DNA of 64,000 nt, taken from positions 66,065 to 130,064 of the forward strand of contig QZIX01000009.1 of assembly GCA_003599635.1 (NCBI GenBank), read 5' to 3'. The notes under the pieces are model-generated. The model made no database searches. It was not told the origin of the DNA and was given only the letters and a program-made list of their open reading frames with translations. The DNA comes from Candidatus Parcubacteria bacterium. GTDB lineage: Bacteria; Patescibacteriota; Patescibacteriia; Buchananbacterales; SURF-54. Positions 53,448 to 64,000 of this stretch are shown here, piece after piece. The translations under genes were made by a program, and so were the position numbers. Each line of letters begins with the position of its first letter. Within the stretch, counting starts at the first letter, position 1.

Positions 53448-56400
53448 ATGAAAATAAGGAAAACAAAAAGAAAATTTAAAAAAAGAGATTTTTTGATTTT
53501 AAGATCTGAAAAAAACCAAAGAAGAGAGCTAAACGACTTTTCGGGAAAAGAAAAGAACATAGACCATTTTTACACTAGAAATTCCCGCTTTACTTCCCCT
53601 TTGCCTCCGGCTAAATACGGATTCGGCCCTCTTTTAAGAAAATTGGAAAAGAAATTGATATTAAACCCTTACAGCGCGGTATTTTATTTTTTGTTAATTT
53701 TTGTACTGGTTCAGGGAACTTTCCCTGTTTTTTCTTTTCAATTCAAAAACAAGGTCTGGCAGACAGCTGCAGACTGGCAGGAATGGCAGGTTGATAATTT
53801 GTCAATTACTGAAAATGGTAATTTGGTTCTGGCTCAGTATGTTGAAGATGAGCCAGATATCGAAGTTTTATCTGAAAATAATGATATTGCCGGAGATATT
53901 CAAATTGAAGACGGTCAGATTTTTCCCTCGGGTGATGAATCCTTAGAAGATGATGAAACAGGCAGTATGGGAGAGCAAATTAGCGAGGATGAAGATAGCG
54001 CCGGTGATGATTTAGATGATGATCCAGGAGCCGAAACGGAAGATATTCTGTCCGATTTACAGCAGGAATCGCCGGACGAACAGAGTCCAGACGAAGAATC
54101 GCCGGACGAACAGGCTCCGGACGAGGAAATTACTCAAGACGAAGAAACCGCTCCGGACGAGGAAACTGTTCCTGATGAGGAATCTGATATACAAAACGGC
54201 CAGACCGATTATATTTTGGGCGAGTCTTCCGGCGACGGACTGACCGAGACCGAAAATGACGATATACAAAATAATCCGCTGCCTGATGATTTGGCAAACC
54301 AACCGGATGAAGCAGCTGATGATAATTCAGAGGAGATTCAGGATTTATCGCAAATAATGGATGATTTATCAGTGGAAAAAAATGATACGCCAGAAGATGA
54401 TTCTGAATCCGAAAACTCCGCCGGAGATATTTCAGAAATTATCGAAGACGGAGTAGGTGGCCCTGAAATTTCTCTGGACTACGACGATGAAATTTTAGTG
54501 GAGCCGCCCAAACAACCGGCGCAATTATATCAGATTCAGGGTTCGGCTCAAATCTATTACGAACCGGAGCAGGGAATAAATCAGGTCTGGAAAGATTATA
54601 AGGCAAAAATAAAAGGTTCAGACGAAGAAAACCGGGTGGATTTTACCTTTTCTGCCGACAATGTTTTTTACACCCAGGATATGTCGCAACTGCCCGTCAG
54701 TCCGGGAATTTACATCAGGGCGAATTTTTTTGGCACCGGCCAAAAAACACCTTTATTAGGTTCGTTTAAAATTTTTTATCGGGATGAAAATTCAGACGAA
54801 GCACCCGCTGAAGAAAATCTTAATTTAACCGGCCAGGAAAAAAAGAAGTTTGACCGTTTCAGTTCAAAAAAATTAAATAATGTCCAGCTGTCGCCGGAAA
54901 AAAAGCAGCAAAGAAAGGCAAAACTGACTAATAAAAAAGTCGCTCCGGAAGAAGTAATTGAAAAACGAAACCTGTTTTCCCGTTCTTTTGCCGTCAAGCA
55001 GGGCAGCAGAAAGTTCAATAAAGGAAAGGTAAAAACCAAGCTGAATGATTCCAGTTTCAGAACGGAAATTTTCCGCTACCCGGTTAATTATCAGGATGAA
55101 GAAGGCGCCTGGCAGATAATTGAAAACGATTTTGAACAAATTGACCTAAAAGATTTGGACGGAAAACTAGATTCTGGGCAGGAACAAGATTCTGATTCCC
55201 AGACAGATTCAAATTCAGAAAGCAGCCAGAATAATGACAATGATTCCGAAACGGCAAACGAAAGTGAAGAAAATGCCGAGTCGGAAGCGGATTTTATTTT
55301 TGCCACGCTTGACAACAACTGGCAGACCTTTTTTCCCAATCTTGCCTCACAACCTCACCGCATACAGTATCAGGACAGGATAATCGAATACAGGATAGTC
55401 GGCGCTGATCAAAATTCCGTCGCCCGGGTTGAAAGCAATAAAATAACTTATCCGGAAGTTTTTGAAAATGTTGACTTTGTTTATACAATCGACAATGAAA
55501 GAGTCAAGGAAGATATCATAGTCAAATCTCCTGTAGAGCTGGATATTTCATATCAGATGAATGTTGCCAACGTTTATTTTGTCAGGGCAGAAGACGGCAG
55601 CATAAATTTTTACGACCAAACCACCGATGATAAGATATTTTCTCTGCAAAAGCCGTATGTTACCGATTTTATCGGCCAGAAAGCTGACCTGGATTTAGAA
55701 GTGGAAAAGGCGGGAGAAAACAGCTACCTGATAAGGTTGTTAAATACGACCGGCGTTGAACTTGATGACCCCCGAATTGTCTATCCGATAATTATCGACC
55801 CGACAACAACGATTTATGCTGCCGGAACCAATATTTATGTTGACGGTGACGTTTGGACAAATGGTACCGGATCTTATACGTATTTTGATGTCACATTAGC
55901 CGCTGCCAGATCGGGATTTTATGGAACTAATCAGTACCGTTCTTTTTTTGATTTTGATACATCGGGAATTGACGATGACGTTACGATTACTGATGTTGTT
56001 TTAAAAGTCTATGTCGCTGCAACGGCCGGAGGCACACTATCTGTCAATGCCATGGCTCAACAGGTAGGTTTCACTTCGTCAACTCCAGTAGTAGTTTATA
56101 CTGATGCCGGTGACGGCACAGTCTATTACACCGGCACACCCACAGCGTCGGCTTATAATAATCTGGACCTGGGAACCACGGCTGATTCTGACCTGCAAAC
56201 CAACCTTGCCAGTAATTGGTTTGGAGTCGGCGCAACAACGACTACCGGTTTGACCAGTATAAACACCAGCGGTATGGCCAGCAATAAGCCCTATCTTGAC
56301 GTTGCCTGGACTTATACTGATTGCGTTGATTTAACTATCGGCGAAGACACATCTTTGGCAGAAGATTTAACCTGTACCGGCACTATAACCGTAAACAACG

Positions 56401-59400
56401 GCGCCACTCTGACCGTTTCCGGCGCCAGAACCATAACTGCTAATGCCTTAACGCTTGACAACGGCGACATAACTAACAGCGGCTCAGGCGAACAGTCAAC
56501 TACAACCCTGGCAATCACCAGTGCCATTACCTTGTCCAATAGTTCTGATATAACCTCCAATTTAAATGTTACGGCGGCAACTCTGACTTTAAATTCAGGC
56601 ACGACAATTTCAGCCAATTCCAAGGGTTACCCTTCCAATACTGGGCCCGGAACCAGGGGTACTGGCGCGGGCGGCGGTTACGGCGGCAAGGGCGGAGCCA
56701 CGGGATCAGCTACCGCAGGCAGCATGTGGGGAAAATCCTCTGATCCGGAAAATTTAGGTTCAGGCGGCGGCCTGGGATCGGCAGGTCTTCTCGGTGGAGT
56801 CGGAGGCGGTTTGATTATTATGGATATTTCGGGAACTTTTACTTTATCGGGAACTGTTTCCGCCAATGGTGGTAATGGCGCAACTTTCGGCAGTGCAACC
56901 GGCGGCGGCGGCGGTTCTGGCGGCGGCATAAATATTACAGCCGGCACCTTGGAAGGCGATGGAACAATTACCGCCAACGGCGGCAATGGCGGAGCCAGCA
57001 CAAATTTTGCCGGCAGCGGCGGCGGCGGCGGCAGAATTTTTGTAAATTATGACACTTCAACTTTTAGTAATGAAACCGGCGCCACGACAAACGGCGGGAC
57101 AGGCGGCGGCGGCGGCGGTACTAACGGCAGCACGGGCGAAGACGGCACAATCGGCTTTTTTGATGCAACTAGTAACGACATTAACATTTACGAGGGCTGG
57201 CAGTGGCAGGAAGGCGAGGACCTTGATTTCAGGAATGTCACAATCGCCAACGCGCCAAAAATAAGGACTACATCGACAGCCGATATTACTTTGACCGGTA
57301 ATCTGACAGTTTCCACTTCCACCTGGGAAATTTATTCCGGCCTTTATCCCGAAATTAAAGCCGATAATTTAAGAATAAATAACAGCGACATAACCAATAA
57401 CGGCACGGGTGAAAAATCCACAACCACTTTAAATATTACCAATGATATTACTATTTCCACTAATTCCACCACCACTTCCAATTTGGATATTACCGCCGCT
57501 TCCATGACCATTGAAGACACGGTACATCTTATTGCTGATGGTCTGGGTTACAATTCCGAAGCAGGATTAGGTGCCGGCACATCAGGTAGCGGCGGCGGTT
57601 ATGGCGCAGCTGGCGGCGCATCTGGTGACGGTGACGCCGGAGGCACTACTTACGGAGAAGCAGCTACCCCGACATTTTTGGGTTCCGGTGGCAGTAATGG
57701 CACTGTTTTAGGCGGTTACGGAGGCGGAGGCGGCGGCATGATTTATATTAAGGTGACTGGTAGTTTTATTCATAACGGAACAATTAGCAGCAAAGGCAAT
57801 GATGGCACAGCTTCAACAGCCGATGGCGGAGGAGGCGGTTCGGGAGGCACAGTCTTTATAAAAACCGGCGATACAATGTTGGGAGCCGGCAATATTTTTG
57901 CCAGAGGCGGTTCGGGAGGAAGCAGCAGCGGCGCCCAGGGCGGAGGCGGCGGAGGCGGCGGGCGCATTGCCACCCGTCAGTGTACTAACAGTTTTACCGG
58001 CACCAAATCCGCAACCGGCGGGGCGGGCGGCAGTCCTTCGGGCGTAGCCGGTTCAGATGCCGATGTCAACAATAACGATACTTTCTGTCCGCCCTCAAGC
58101 AATTTTAATTCTGCCTCGCAAAAATCAGACGGTTCCGGGGATGCTGATTTGTCTTTTACGGTTGATGATCAGGACGATTCTAACGTCAAAATGAAAATTG
58201 AATATACTTCAGACGCCAATTGTGAAACCGGCTGGTCAGACCCTACTTTAGTCGGTCCTGTAAGCGTCGCTTACGGCTCTGCGCCGGATTTGGACAATGG
58301 CAACGCCTATCAGGTAGGAACTGTAACCGGCGTATCAACAAGTTCGGGCGTCAATGATCCGGTGCAGTTTGACTGGGATTCTGATACAGATTTGCCGGCC
58401 GGCAATGTCACATATTGCCTGCGCGTTACCGGAAATGACGGCACTGACGACCAGATAAGACCGAGTACCATAACCTTAACCGTCGACAACGTAAATCCGA
58501 CTGTTAGCAGTCTGGCAATATCCACTCCGGCAGCGGCCGATTACAACGACGGCGTTGATGACTGGTATGACCAGGGACAATACGCCCAGATGGCGTTTAC
58601 TTCAACGCCGGCTGATACGAATTTGTCATCCTGCGACTGGACCTGGAACCACAGCGACGGCACAAGCTATGACTATTCGGACACCAACGTTGAAATCGGC
58701 ACGGACGGCGATATTACCACCGCCAATATGTCTGACGGCGTCATTGACCTTTCCGATGACACCGACGGCACGGTCACTTTAACCGTTACCTGTTCGGACA
58801 GTTACGGCAATTCCGGCAACAGTAATATCTCCTTCAAGTTTGACAATACTTCAGCTTCCGGGCTTGCCGACCTTGCTGTTAATGCCATTGACGATACCAC
58901 TGCTACCCTGGGCTGGACAGCTGCGTCCAGTGTCAGCAATTTCGATCATTATGAAATCTGGTACGGCACCAATGAAACCGATGTTGCCAACAGAAACGGC
59001 ACGGCCGCCGAATGGGACAATGACGATGACGGTAATTTAACCACTATTTCCACGACTTCCACGACCATAACCGGACTGACCACAGGACAAACTTATTACT
59101 TTAAAATCTGGGCCGCTGATGAGGCTAGTTTAAATAATGAGGCAACTGCCACGGGAACTTCCGGATATACGTCAAGCAATACTGCTCCCACAGGCGTTTT
59201 TACCGTCAGCTCCTTGCCAACACAAAAAACAGACGGCTCGGGCTATGTTGACATTTCCATAACAGTTGATGATGCCGATGACAATGATACCATGGCCAAA
59301 ATTGAATATGACACTGACGGCACCTGCGACGGCCCCTGGCTTGACCCGACTATTTTAGGTTTGGCAACAGCCACTTATTCTGATTCAGGCGGCGTGCCTG

Positions 59401-62400
59401 ATGTAAATAATGCTAATGACTATCAGATAGGCACCACAGCCAGTACAAGAATAATCACATCATCCGGAGCCAATACTGTTACGTTTGACTGGGATTCAAA
59501 AACTGACCAGGCATCTGCTGACGGCACTTACTGTTTACGGCTGACAGTTAACGACGATACCGCAGATCAGGCAGTACCCGCAACTCAAACAGTTACAGTT
59601 GACAATGTCAATCCAACTGTCAGCAGCCTTGCTATATCCACTCCCGCTGCTGCGGATTATAACGACGGCGCTGATGACTGGTATGACCAGGGCGACTATG
59701 CCCAGATGGCTTTTTCTTCAACGCCGGCTGACACCAATCTTTCTTCCTGCGATTGGACATGGAACCACAGTGACGGTGCCAGTTACGATTACTCGGATAC
59801 CAACTTTGAAATCGGGACAGACGGCGATATTTCTGCGGCTAATATGGTTTCCGGCGGCATAGATTTGTCGGATGACGCTGACGGCACGGTAACTTTGACT
59901 GTGACTTGCGCTGACGCTTATGGCAATTCCGGCAATACCAATATTTCCTTTAAGTTTGACAATACGGCGCCGACAGGTTTAGCCGGGCTGGCAGCCGCAG
60001 CCGACGGCGACACTGCTGTTGACTTGACCTGGACTGCTGCGGCGGAAAGTAACTTTGGCCATTATGAAATCTGGTATGGCACAAATCAAAGCGACGTTAA
60101 CGGCAGGTCGGGAACAGCAACGGAGTGGGATAATTCCGACGATGCCGCATTGGCAACTGCGGCCACTGTTACGACAAATATTTCCGGCCTTAATAATTCC
60201 TCAACCTATTATTTTAAAATATGGGCTGTTGATGATTTAGTAAATGAAGCCACTTTGGATTCAATAAGTTTTGCCTTTTCGGTTTGCGGCGATGGCGTGG
60301 CTGAAGGATCTGAACAATGCGATGCCAGCGACCTTAACAGCCAAAGTTGTGAGACTCTGGGGCAGGGATTTATAGGAGGCACCTTAGCCTGTTCGGGTTC
60401 GTGCACCTATGATACTACTGGTTGTACCAGTTCACAGGGGTGTACTACCTGCGGTAACGACGACAACGATGATGACACTGCTTTTGTCATAAGCAGCGTG
60501 GAGGTAGGGCAAATAACTGGCAGCTCGGCCCAAATTTCGTGGCTGACGAATATAGACTCTGATTCTTATGTTTACTACGGTTTGACGCCGGCTTATGAAT
60601 TAGGTTTTTATTATATAAACGAGCTGACGCAAAATCATTCAGTAACACTTGGCGATTTACAGCCAACTACGACATATTACTACAAAGTTTATTCAGTGGC
60701 CGGGAGCGATTCTGACGAATCAAACGGATCTGTTTTTGCCACTGCCCAATGTTCAGCAGGTGAACATTTAATCTGCGGCCAGACCGAAGTCGGCTTATGC
60801 ACATTCGGCTGGCGTGACTGCGTGAGCGGTTACTGGGGGGAATGCAGCGCTGTTTTACCCGCTGCTGAAATCTGCGGCAGCGGAGAGGATGAAGATTGCG
60901 ACGGTTTTATTGATCTGGATGACAGCGATTGTGCTTGCATTTCAGGCACAATTGAAACTTGCGGTGAAACTGATATCGGCTTGTGCGAATTCGGGCAAAG
61001 AACCTGCCAGGACGGCCAGTGGGGGGAATGCAGCGCTGTTTTACCCGCTGCTGAAATCTGCGGCAACGGAGAGGATGAAGATTGCGACGGCCTTTCTGAC
61101 GAAGGCTGCCCTGTCTGTGTACCCGGTAGCTTGCAGGAGTGTGGGTTAACGGATGTTGGCGAATGCGCCATGGGCATAAGGTATTGCGGTGAAGATGGTA
61201 TCTGGGGTCTTGATTGCGTTAACGCTGTTTACCCTGTTCCTGAAGTCTGCGATGATTTTAAAGATAATGATTGTGACGGTTTTATAGATATTGAAGATGA
61301 TGAATGCGAGGTTTGCAGTCCTGGCAGTATAACTGAATGTGGAACTGATATTGGCATCTGTAGGCAAGGCGAAAGGACCTGCCAGGAAAACGGTGTTTGG
61401 GGTGTTTGTTACGGTGCCATTTATCCTGCTGAAGAAGTCTGTAATGATGAGATGGATAATGATTGCGACGGGGACACGGATGAAAATTGCTGCCAGCCGG
61501 TCTGGCAGTGTTATGACTGGTCGGAATGTAAAGACAATCGGCAGGTCAGGATCTGTATTGACATAAATAGCTGTGGAGTTTCCGAAGGCATGCCGGAAAC
61601 AATCAGAGACTGCGATGTTTGCACCCCCAACTGGACCTGCGGCTGGTCCGGCGAATGCATCGGCGGTGTGGAAGATTTGGTTTGCGTTGATTTAAACGAA
61701 TGCAATAAGCAGGAAGAAGCGCCTGTGGACCACCGTGCCTGCAGCGTCTGCGGCGACGGCACCTGCGAATTGGAAGAAACTTACGATAATTGCAACATAG
61801 ACTGTCCCCAGCAGGAATGTAAAATTTCCTGCCCAAACTCGTGCTACACTGTTGATGCCGGAGAATGTACCTGCATAGTCCAAAGTGCCTGCTGCGGTAA
61901 TCTGGTGTGCGAAGAAAACGAAAATTATAATACCTGCCCGGATGACTGCACTGTAAAGCAAAAAGAGTGCGGCGATGGCATTGACAATGATAATGACGGA
62001 AGGATTGATTTTCCCGAAGATGAGGGGTGTTCAGATGACAAGGATGGCAGCGAGGCCAGCTTTAAAGAGATGATTTTAAATGCCGGTGATAAATCCAAAG
62101 ATTTAATTGGTTTTTCCGGCGCTATTTTAAACGCTGCTAAAAATGCCTTAAAGCCTGTTCAAAATTTTACAGATAATCCTGAAGTGGAAAAAGTGTCAGA
62201 ACGAGTGGTTGCACCCGCGGCCGTGGCCTTGGGCAGCGCTGCTGCCATGTCAGCTGTGAATTTCACCAGCGTATTGGCTTATCTCCAGTATGTCATAACC
62301 CAGCCCTTTTATCTGTTTGCCAGAAGGCGCCGCAAAAAATGGGGGGTGGTTTATAATTCAGTAACAAAAAAACCTGTTGATTTGGCGATTGTCCGCCTTT

Positions 62401-63140
62401 ACGACAGAACCAGCAACCGTTTGATACGGTCAAGGGTAACTGACAAAGAAGGACGGTATAATTTTCTTATTCCGCCCGGTTATTATTACCTGACAATTAC
62501 CAAACCCGATCATATTTATCCTTCAGCCGTTTTAAGGCAAAAAAAACAGGATATGCAGTATCTTGATATTTATCACGGCGAAGTAATAGATGTTATAGAC
62601 AAGGATGTTTTGATAACGGCAAATGTGCCGATTGACCCGGTCAGCGCCGTTGAAACTCCCAAAGAAGTCATCCGCAAAAGAAGGATTAAGAAATTACAGT
62701 CCGGTCTGGCATTCGGGTCAGTACCTTTGTCATTGATTCCGCTGATGATAATTCCGTCGTCGACAACACTGACTCTGTTCGGAGTTCAATCAGCCCTTTT
62801 CTTACTTTTCAGGAAACTGGCTGTAGCCGCCAAACCCAAGGGCTGGGGGATTGTCTATGATCTACATTCAAAATCTCCCCTGAAAAACGCGGTTATGAGA
62901 ATTTTTGACAAAAAGTACAACAAGCTTTTAGAAACGCAGGTGACAGACAACCGCGGCCGTTACAGTTTTTTGACCACAGGCGAAGATTATTATATAGTGG
63001 CCGAAAAAGACGGGTATAATAAATTCCAAACCGATATTCCGGCAATAAAAGAAACCGGTCAGGGAAAAATTCAGGAGTCAGAAAAAGTTGTCAGTCTTGA
63101 TATCGGGCTGGAAAAACAGCCGGGTCAGGATGTTTCTTAG
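53448..63140 (+). CDS. Giant (~3,230 aa) cell-surface protein
   Basis: N-terminal TM, acidic repeats, YPIIIDPT and DNRLRE-like region, Gly-rich repeats, duplicated FN3-containing module, Cys-rich repeats, C-terminal TMs with WG.VY carboxypeptidase-regulatory-like domains. Confidence 0.9.
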   Translation: MKIRKTKRKFKKRDFLILRSEKNQRRELNDFSGKEKNIDHFYTRNSRFTSPLPPAKYGFGPLLRKLEKKLILNPYSAVFYFLLIFVLVQGTFPVFSFQFKNKVWQTAADWQEWQVDNLSITENGNLVLAQYVEDEPDIEVLSENNDIAGDIQIEDGQIFPSGDESLEDDETGSMGEQISEDEDSAGDDLDDDPGAETEDILSDLQQESPDEQSPDEESPDEQAPDEEITQDEETAPDEETVPDEESDIQNGQTDYILGESSGDGLTETENDDIQNNPLPDDLANQPDEAADDNSEEIQDLSQIMDDLSVEKNDTPEDDSESENSAGDISEIIEDGVGGPEISLDYDDEILVEPPKQPAQLYQIQGSAQIYYEPEQGINQVWKDYKAKIKGSDEENRVDFTFSADNVFYTQDMSQLPVSPGIYIRANFFGTGQKTPLLGSFKIFYRDENSDEAPAEENLNLTGQEKKKFDRFSSKKLNNVQLSPEKKQQRKAKLTNKKVAPEEVIEKRNLFSRSFAVKQGSRKFNKGKVKTKLNDSSFRTEIFRYPVNYQDEEGAWQIIENDFEQIDLKDLDGKLDSGQEQDSDSQTDSNSESSQNNDNDSETANESEENAESEADFIFATLDNNWQTFFPNLASQPHRIQYQDRIIEYRIVGADQNSVARVESNKITYPEVFENVDFVYTIDNERVKEDIIVKSPVELDISYQMNVANVYFVRAEDGSINFYDQTTDDKIFSLQKPYVTDFIGQKADLDLEVEKAGENSYLIRLLNTTGVELDDPRIVYPIIIDPTTTIYAAGTNIYVDGDVWTNGTGSYTYFDVTLAAARSGFYGTNQYRSFFDFDTSGIDDDVTITDVVLKVYVAATAGGTLSVNAMAQQVGFTSSTPVVVYTDAGDGTVYYTGTPTASAYNNLDLGTTADSDLQTNLASNWFGVGATTTTGLTSINTSGMASNKPYLDVAWTYTDCVDLTIGEDTSLAEDLTCTGTITVNNGATLTVSGARTITANALTLDNGDITNSGSGEQSTTTLAITSAITLSNSSDITSNLNVTAATLTLNSGTTISANSKGYPSNTGPGTRGTGAGGGYGGKGGATGSATAGSMWGKSSDPENLGSGGGLGSAGLLGGVGGGLIIMDISGTFTLSGTVSANGGNGATFGSATGGGGGSGGGINITAGTLEGDGTITANGGNGGASTNFAGSGGGGGRIFVNYDTSTFSNETGATTNGGTGGGGGGTNGSTGEDGTIGFFDATSNDINIYEGWQWQEGEDLDFRNVTIANAPKIRTTSTADITLTGNLTVSTSTWEIYSGLYPEIKADNLRINNSDITNNGTGEKSTTTLNITNDITISTNSTTTSNLDITAASMTIEDTVHLIADGLGYNSEAGLGAGTSGSGGGYGAAGGASGDGDAGGTTYGEAATPTFLGSGGSNGTVLGGYGGGGGGMIYIKVTGSFIHNGTISSKGNDGTASTADGGGGGSGGTVFIKTGDTMLGAGNIFARGGSGGSSSGAQGGGGGGGGRIATRQCTNSFTGTKSATGGAGGSPSGVAGSDADVNNNDTFCPPSSNFNSASQKSDGSGDADLSFTVDDQDDSNVKMKIEYTSDANCETGWSDPTLVGPVSVAYGSAPDLDNGNAYQVGTVTGVSTSSGVNDPVQFDWDSDTDLPAGNVTYCLRVTGNDGTDDQIRPSTITLTVDNVNPTVSSLAISTPAAADYNDGVDDWYDQGQYAQMAFTSTPADTNLSSCDWTWNHSDGTSYDYSDTNVEIGTDGDITTANMSDGVIDLSDDTDGTVTLTVTCSDSYGNSGNSNISFKFDNTSASGLADLAVNAIDDTTATLGWTAASSVSNFDHYEIWYGTNETDVANRNGTAAEWDNDDDGNLTTISTTSTTITGLTTGQTYYFKIWAADEASLNNEATATGTSGYTSSNTAPTGVFTVSSLPTQKTDGSGYVDISITVDDADDNDTMAKIEYDTDGTCDGPWLDPTILGLATATYSDSGGVPDVNNANDYQIGTTASTRIITSSGANTVTFDWDSKTDQASADGTYCLRLTVNDDTADQAVPATQTVTVDNVNPTVSSLAISTPAAADYNDGADDWYDQGDYAQMAFSSTPADTNLSSCDWTWNHSDGASYDYSDTNFEIGTDGDISAANMVSGGIDLSDDADGTVTLTVTCADAYGNSGNTNISFKFDNTAPTGLAGLAAAADGDTAVDLTWTAAAESNFGHYEIWYGTNQSDVNGRSGTATEWDNSDDAALATAATVTTNISGLNNSSTYYFKIWAVDDLVNEATLDSISFAFSVCGDGVAEGSEQCDASDLNSQSCETLGQGFIGGTLACSGSCTYDTTGCTSSQGCTTCGNDDNDDDTAFVISSVEVGQITGSSAQISWLTNIDSDSYVYYGLTPAYELGFYYINELTQNHSVTLGDLQPTTTYYYKVYSVAGSDSDESNGSVFATAQCSAGEHLICGQTEVGLCTFGWRDCVSGYWGECSAVLPAAEICGSGEDEDCDGFIDLDDSDCACISGTIETCGETDIGLCEFGQRTCQDGQWGECSAVLPAAEICGNGEDEDCDGLSDEGCPVCVPGSLQECGLTDVGECAMGIRYCGEDGIWGLDCVNAVYPVPEVCDDFKDNDCDGFIDIEDDECEVCSPGSITECGTDIGICRQGERTCQENGVWGVCYGAIYPAEEVCNDEMDNDCDGDTDENCCQPVWQCYDWSECKDNRQVRICIDINSCGVSEGMPETIRDCDVCTPNWTCGWSGECIGGVEDLVCVDLNECNKQEEAPVDHRACSVCGDGTCELEETYDNCNIDCPQQECKISCPNSCYTVDAGECTCIVQSACCGNLVCEENENYNTCPDDCTVKQKECGDGIDNDNDGRIDFPEDEGCSDDKDGSEASFKEMILNAGDKSKDLIGFSGAILNAAKNALKPVQNFTDNPEVEKVSERVVAPAAVALGSAAAMSAVNFTSVLAYLQYVITQPFYLFARRRRKKWGVVYNSVTKKPVDLAIVRLYDRTSNRLIRSRVTDKEGRYNFLIPPGYYYLTITKPDHIYPSAVLRQKKQDMQYLDIYHGEVIDVIDKDVLITANVPIDPVSAVETPKEVIRKRRIKKLQSGLAFGSVPLSLIPLMIIPSSTTLTLFGVQSALFLLFRKLAVAAKPKGWGIVYDLHSKSPLKNAVMRIFDKKYNKLLETQVTDNRGRYSFLTTGEDYYIVAEKDGYNKFQTDIPAIKETGQGKIQESEKVVSLDIGLEKQPGQDVS

Positions 63141-63164
63141 TGGAAATTGGTCCGTTATTTTTGC

Positions 63165-63235
63165 GGCCCGTTCGTCTAGTGGCAGGACGCATGGTTCTCA
63201 TCCATGCAACGGGAGTTCGATTCTCCCACGGGCTA
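63165..63235 (+). tRNA. tRNA-Glu (CTC), CCA not encoded
   Basis: Acceptor GGCCCGT/ACGGGCT, anticodon arm CATGG-TTCTCAT-CCATG, T-loop GTTCGATTC. Confidence 0.95.
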
Positions 63236-63453
63236 ACTACTGACGCACGGCTATTCCGACTCGCTTCGGGAAAATTATAATTTAAAATAAAAACGGTCAT
63301 ATATATTAAGAGTTAACATAAAAATAATAAATCTATGTTAACTTGACAAAAATCGAAAAATTTGGCAAATATAAATTATCGGTTCTTTTACAAAAAACTC
63401 CACAAGGGTAATTTTCCATGATATAAAGATTTGGGGAAAGGAAGGTAGATAAT

Positions 63454-64000
63454 ATGGGTCTCAAAATCCTTATCGTCTATTTTTATGTGATGATCAGTAT
63501 GCTTGCGTTTTACTGCGCTTTCATTTACTTTGGAAGCAACAGGCAAAAAAAAATGGAAAAGGTAATACTGTACTTTTTTCCATTGCTTCCCATTTTCTTT
63601 TTGTTTCTCATTAGCTGGCGTTGGTCAATGATGACGTTGCAAGTCCCGGCATTAACTGATATTTACCATTGCTATCGCGGGATAGCCGATCCTGTTAGTA
63701 CGCCGTATCGTGACGTTTGGCAGGTTGAATCACCTACTTTTTTTGCCCTGATGCGAGCCATACTTTTTTTTACCGGCGATAGTCTGGAATCCTATGCCAG
63801 GGTAATTAAGTTTGGCAATTGGATGAGTTTATCTGTGTTTAGCATCTGCCTGGTTATATATTTAAGAAAAATCAGGCCCAATGGTTTTGCCCAGTGGCTA
63901 AATTTAACATTTGAGTTGATGTTTTACGGCCTCTGCGGATTGATGCTGTTTGCACGAAATTACCAGTGCGGTAATTTCAATTGTTTGACCATGGGTTTTG
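63454..64000 (+). CDS. Membrane protein, possibly GT87/DUF2029-like; runs off the window
   Basis: Open hydrophobic frame from MGLKILIV to the window end; AAGGAAGG SD; NYQCGNFN resembles the GQ/N-x-N motif. Confidence 0.6.
   Translation, partial: MGLKILIVYFYVMISMLAFYCAFIYFGSNRQKKMEKVILYFFPLLPIFFLFLISWRWSMMTLQVPALTDIYHCYRGIADPVSTPYRDVWQVESPTFFALMRAILFFTGDSLESYARVIKFGNWMSLSVFSICLVIYLRKIRPNGFAQWLNLTFELMFYGLCGLMLFARNYQCGNFNCLTMGF

Noticed and set aside
55000-56300. Giant protein as an Rhs polymorphic toxin
   Set aside because: No YD repeats, no DPxG cleavage motif, no toxin tip and no immunity gene seen

Overview
Chromosomal segment of a low-GC bacterium using genetic code 11. It is most consistent with Patescibacteria/CPR (inference from the truncated HrcA, a giant surface protein with a CPR-type C-terminus, and core genes lacking Shine-Dalgarno sites). 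Contents in order: miaA; a complete de novo pyrimidine operon (pyrB-pyrD-pyrK-carA-carB-pyrC-pyrE-pyrF) preceded by an apparent leader-peptide attenuator; gatB; a thymidylate cluster (dCMP deaminase, thyA, DHFR-like, kinase, dut, DUF3160, tmk); secE-nusG-rplK-rplA; gyrB; a MacB-like ABC transporter; a CIRCE-controlled hrcA-grpE-hsp20-dnaK-dnaJ locus; a glycosyltransferase/polyprenyl synthase/UbiA/two radical SAM cluster; a ~3,230-aa surface protein; and tRNA-Glu(CTC). The backbone is interrupted by many self-contained orphan units (sigma70 promoter, often a boxA-like motif, strong SD, small ORF, hairpin). There is also an integron-cassette-like gene, an insertion flanked by a duplicated tmk 3' end, and three families of small dispersed repeats, two of them beside relics of DUF559 and four-helix-bundle genes. 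All calls come from reading the sequence by eye; no searches were run.
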